Assembly: GCF_020745735.1 (NCBI RefSeq)
Contig: NW_026867487.1
Span: forward strand, 4,853,239 to 4,917,238
Length of the DNA stretch: 64,000 nt
Origin: Hemiscyllium ocellatum
Taxonomy: Eukaryota
Direction: 5' to 3'
Shown: in pieces, positions 61,291 through 64,000 of the stretch
How the letters are laid out: every line of letters begins with the position of its first letter
Position numbering within the stretch: position 1 is the first letter of the stretch
Position numbers and translations under genes: made by a program
The notes under the pieces: generated by a model
Database searches by the model: none
Seen by the model: the letters and a program-made list of their open reading frames with translations, nothing else
Told to the model about the DNA's origin: nothing

Positions 61291-62469
61291 TTGTTAAATT
61301 TTAGTCAAGAGACAGATCTCAATAAAACACACAACCAAAAAGTACCCACTCCGCTCACGACATTTTTAACAAAAAAGGACAGCAAGATTACATTCAAAAA
61401 ACCATGTAAATTGATGCTTGGTGACAAGGATGGATACGATGGGATTTCTGTGACTGCAAACATGAATCCAGGATGCCATGTGACCTCCCTGGTACCCAAA
61501 TCAGGATATTCTGGAGCTGCAGGGTGAACAGCCTGTGATTGGTGAAACACATGAGAACAAACATTTGTTTTTTGAAAAAAAAAAGGTTGAGGGCCTGAAA
61601 GCTGAATATAGAAAGATAGGAGATGCATTAAAACACAGGACCTGCAATAATATCAGCTGTACTCCCAGTGCCACGTGCTCGTGACAGCATGAATAAGAGG
61701 ATAGATCAGATAAATGCGTGGCACTTGGGGCATTGGAACCATTTCTGTGGGAGGTGGGACCTGCACAAGTCTGACTCGTCCCTGGCGAGAGCTGGGACAA
61801 ACCTCCCCTTGGAGGCTTTTGCTAGTTCCGTTGGTGATGTTTAAAAATAGTATGGCAGGCAAATGTGAACAAGAGTGTAGACTTAGATGGGTCAGGTTCA
61901 GATCAGGAAGAGGGATAGAGAATGTTAGTGATGCTGTCAGCAGCTCAAAGACAAAAGAAAGGAGGATAAAACGAGAATAGAGTTTCTTCAACGAGAATAG
62001 AGTGTCTTCATATGTCAGGACTGCCATCCCAGAAAATCAGTCTGGTGAACCTTCTTTTCTCTCTCTCTCTCTCTCTCGCTGTCTCTCTCTCTGGCTTCAG
62101 TCTCTGACACAAAATTATTGAACACAATATCCCCATTGTATGCATGCTGGTCATCAAGCACCTATTAAATCTTTTCCCATTTTCTGCCACTTAACACTAT
62201 ATTGTGGTGCCTTTTGTTTGATCCATCTAAACATTTCAAGGTTACAAAGGTTCCTGCATCTGCTACCATTTCAAATGTTGCCAGCTCTGCTGAATGGCTC
62301 CAGCATTTTCTGATTTTATTTCAGATTTCCACTGTTTTGCTTAAGTTAGTATCACGTAGAGTTATACAGCACGCAAACTGACCCTTTGCTCCAAGTCATC
62401 CATGCCGACTAGATAGTGTAAATATATATATATAAAAAAACTTACCTGGAAACTAAATTGTCGGGTCTG

Positions 62470-62765
62470 GGTGGCGTGTCCTCGGCGCTCGGAGGTCACG
62501 TGGTCCTCTGATGCGCGCGCAGAGGATGATCACGTGATGCTCCGGGACGCGGGCGCGGTCACGTGGTCTCCCTGTTTCGCGCTCCGGGAGCTCACGTGAT
62601 CGGCTGTTTCGCGCCCTGGAAGTGGGCGAGACTGCCATTTTGCCCTCGAAAGGAGGCCGCATGGTGGTCCTTTTATCTCCGAAAAAGGGAAGGTCACGTG
62701 AGATCGGACAGCCGGAAATGCGAGGAGGCGGGGAATGGAATCGGAGCAACAGCCAATGAGAAGAC
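62470..62765. promoter_or_regulatory. CpG island with five TCACGTG E-boxes
   Basis: CACGTG at 62497, 62531, 62560, 62593 and 62695, each preceded by T; ETS CCGGAAAT and CCAAT nearby. Confidence 0.7.
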
Positions 62766-63402
62766 AGTTTCACTTGAGTGATGGTATGATGTTTTGTATA
62801 GTATAAAAGACTGGATCAGGGACAGAGTGGTCTTTTTTCTTTGTGAACTGACTGACTTAGTAGTTTGTCAGGGACAGAAAGGTTTAGACCCAGAGCTCAG
62901 TATACTTTATCCACTTATTGTTAGAATAAAACTAAAAGTGCAAGATTAAATGTTTTTTCTTATTGCTTTATTTTAAAGAGCACGCAGGACCTGGCTCACA
63001 CATAAAAGATAATAAGTTTGTAGGTTGAGCCTAAAGTCCATCAATAGCCTAAACTGATCTAGTCCCATTTGCCAGCATTCGGCTCGTGTCTCTCTGAACC
63101 CTTCCTATTAATGTCTCCATCCAGATGCCTTTTAAAATGTTTTAATTGAGACCTGCACAAGTCTGACCGATTGCCCCTGGGCAGAGCTTAGAGAAATCTC
63201 TTGGCGGATTTGCGAGTTCCATTGGTTCCCATCCCCCGTCAGACCAATTTGAAATCTCACCAGTGTGTCGACTTAGATGGGTCAAATTAAGTTCAGGAAG
63301 TGGGTGATAGAATATTAGTTAGTGATGCAGTCCGCGGCTCAAAGAGAAAACAAAGGATTAAACGAGGCTGGGGGCTCTGCTCATACGTCAGTCCTGACAT
63401 CA

Positions 63403-63898
63403 CTCTGCCGAGGACATGGAGGTCCTGGGCCTCCTTCACCGCCGCTCCCTCACCACCAGACGCCTGGAGGAAGAACGCCTCATCTTCCGCCTCAGAACAC
63501 TTCAACCCCAGGGCATCAATGTGGACTTCAACAGTTTCCTCATTTCCCCTTCCCCCACCTCACCCTAGTTCCACGCTTCCAGCTCAGCACTGTCCCCATG
63601 ACTTGTCTGTCCTGCCTAGCTCCTTTTCCACCTATCCACTCCACCCTCTCCTCCCTGACCTATCACCTTCATCTCCTCCCCCACTCACGCATTGTACTCT
63701 ATGCTACTCTCTCCCCAGCCCCACCCTCCTCTAGCTTATCTCTCCACGCTTCAGTCTCTCTGCCTTTATTCCTGATGAAGGGCTTTTGCCCGAAACGTCG
63801 ATTTCGCTGCTCGTTGGATGCTGCCTGAACTGCTGTGCTCTTCCAGCACCACTGATCCAGAATCTGGTTTCCAGCATTCGCAGTCATTGTTTTTACCA
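63403..63898 (+). mobile_element. Penelope-like 3' fragment (family 1)
   Basis: GIY-YIG C-terminus (SAEDMEVLGLLH..LEEERLIFRL) and full pseudo-LTR. Confidence 0.88.
63768..63803 (+). ncRNA. Minimal type I hammerhead ribozyme motif
   Basis: ATTC-CTGATGA-A-GGGC-TTTT-GCCC-GAAAC-GTC-GATT; predicted cleavage after C63799. Confidence 0.75.
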
Positions 63899-64000
63899 TC
63901 CTAGGAATCAGTCTGGTGAATCTCCTTTAGACTCTTTTTCAATGGCCAGGGCATCCTTCCTTGGGGAAGGAGAACAAAGGTGAATACATTACACCAGGTG

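Overview
Vertebrate genomic DNA, almost certainly from a cartilaginous fish (shark-type V-SINEs, a DeuSINE, CR1, Penelope, Rex1 and Gmr1-like repeats). Bases 0.6-10 kb hold the edge of a T-cell receptor alpha/delta-type V cluster with four V segments. V1 is a + strand pseudogene. V2 is a + strand open V lacking Cys23 and Trp41. V3 is a - strand, apparently functional V. V4 is a - strand pseudogene whose leader is fused to V with no intron. All four have 23-bp-spacer RSS (degenerate in V1 and V4). Two CTCF-like sites follow the cluster. No D, J or C segments are visible. Bases 15-19.7 kb are a decayed Gmr1-like Ty3/gypsy element (gag-PR-IN-RT order). Bases 21-63 kb are a birth-and-death cluster of C2H2 zinc-finger genes without a visible effector domain: one 16-finger open array and two pseudogenes, with several CpG-rich promoter cassettes, two of them paralogous and sharing a spaced dyad. 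The most striking non-coding signal is in the Penelope pseudo-LTRs. Two families carry minimal hammerhead-ribozyme cores with palindromic stem III and stem II covariation. Several short insertions with clean target-site duplications are fold-back palindromes whose turning point lies in or beside that ribozyme core. Everything was read by eye from the sequence and the ORF track. No database search or folding computation was run, so repeat boundaries are approximate (tens of bp) and family names are motif-based.
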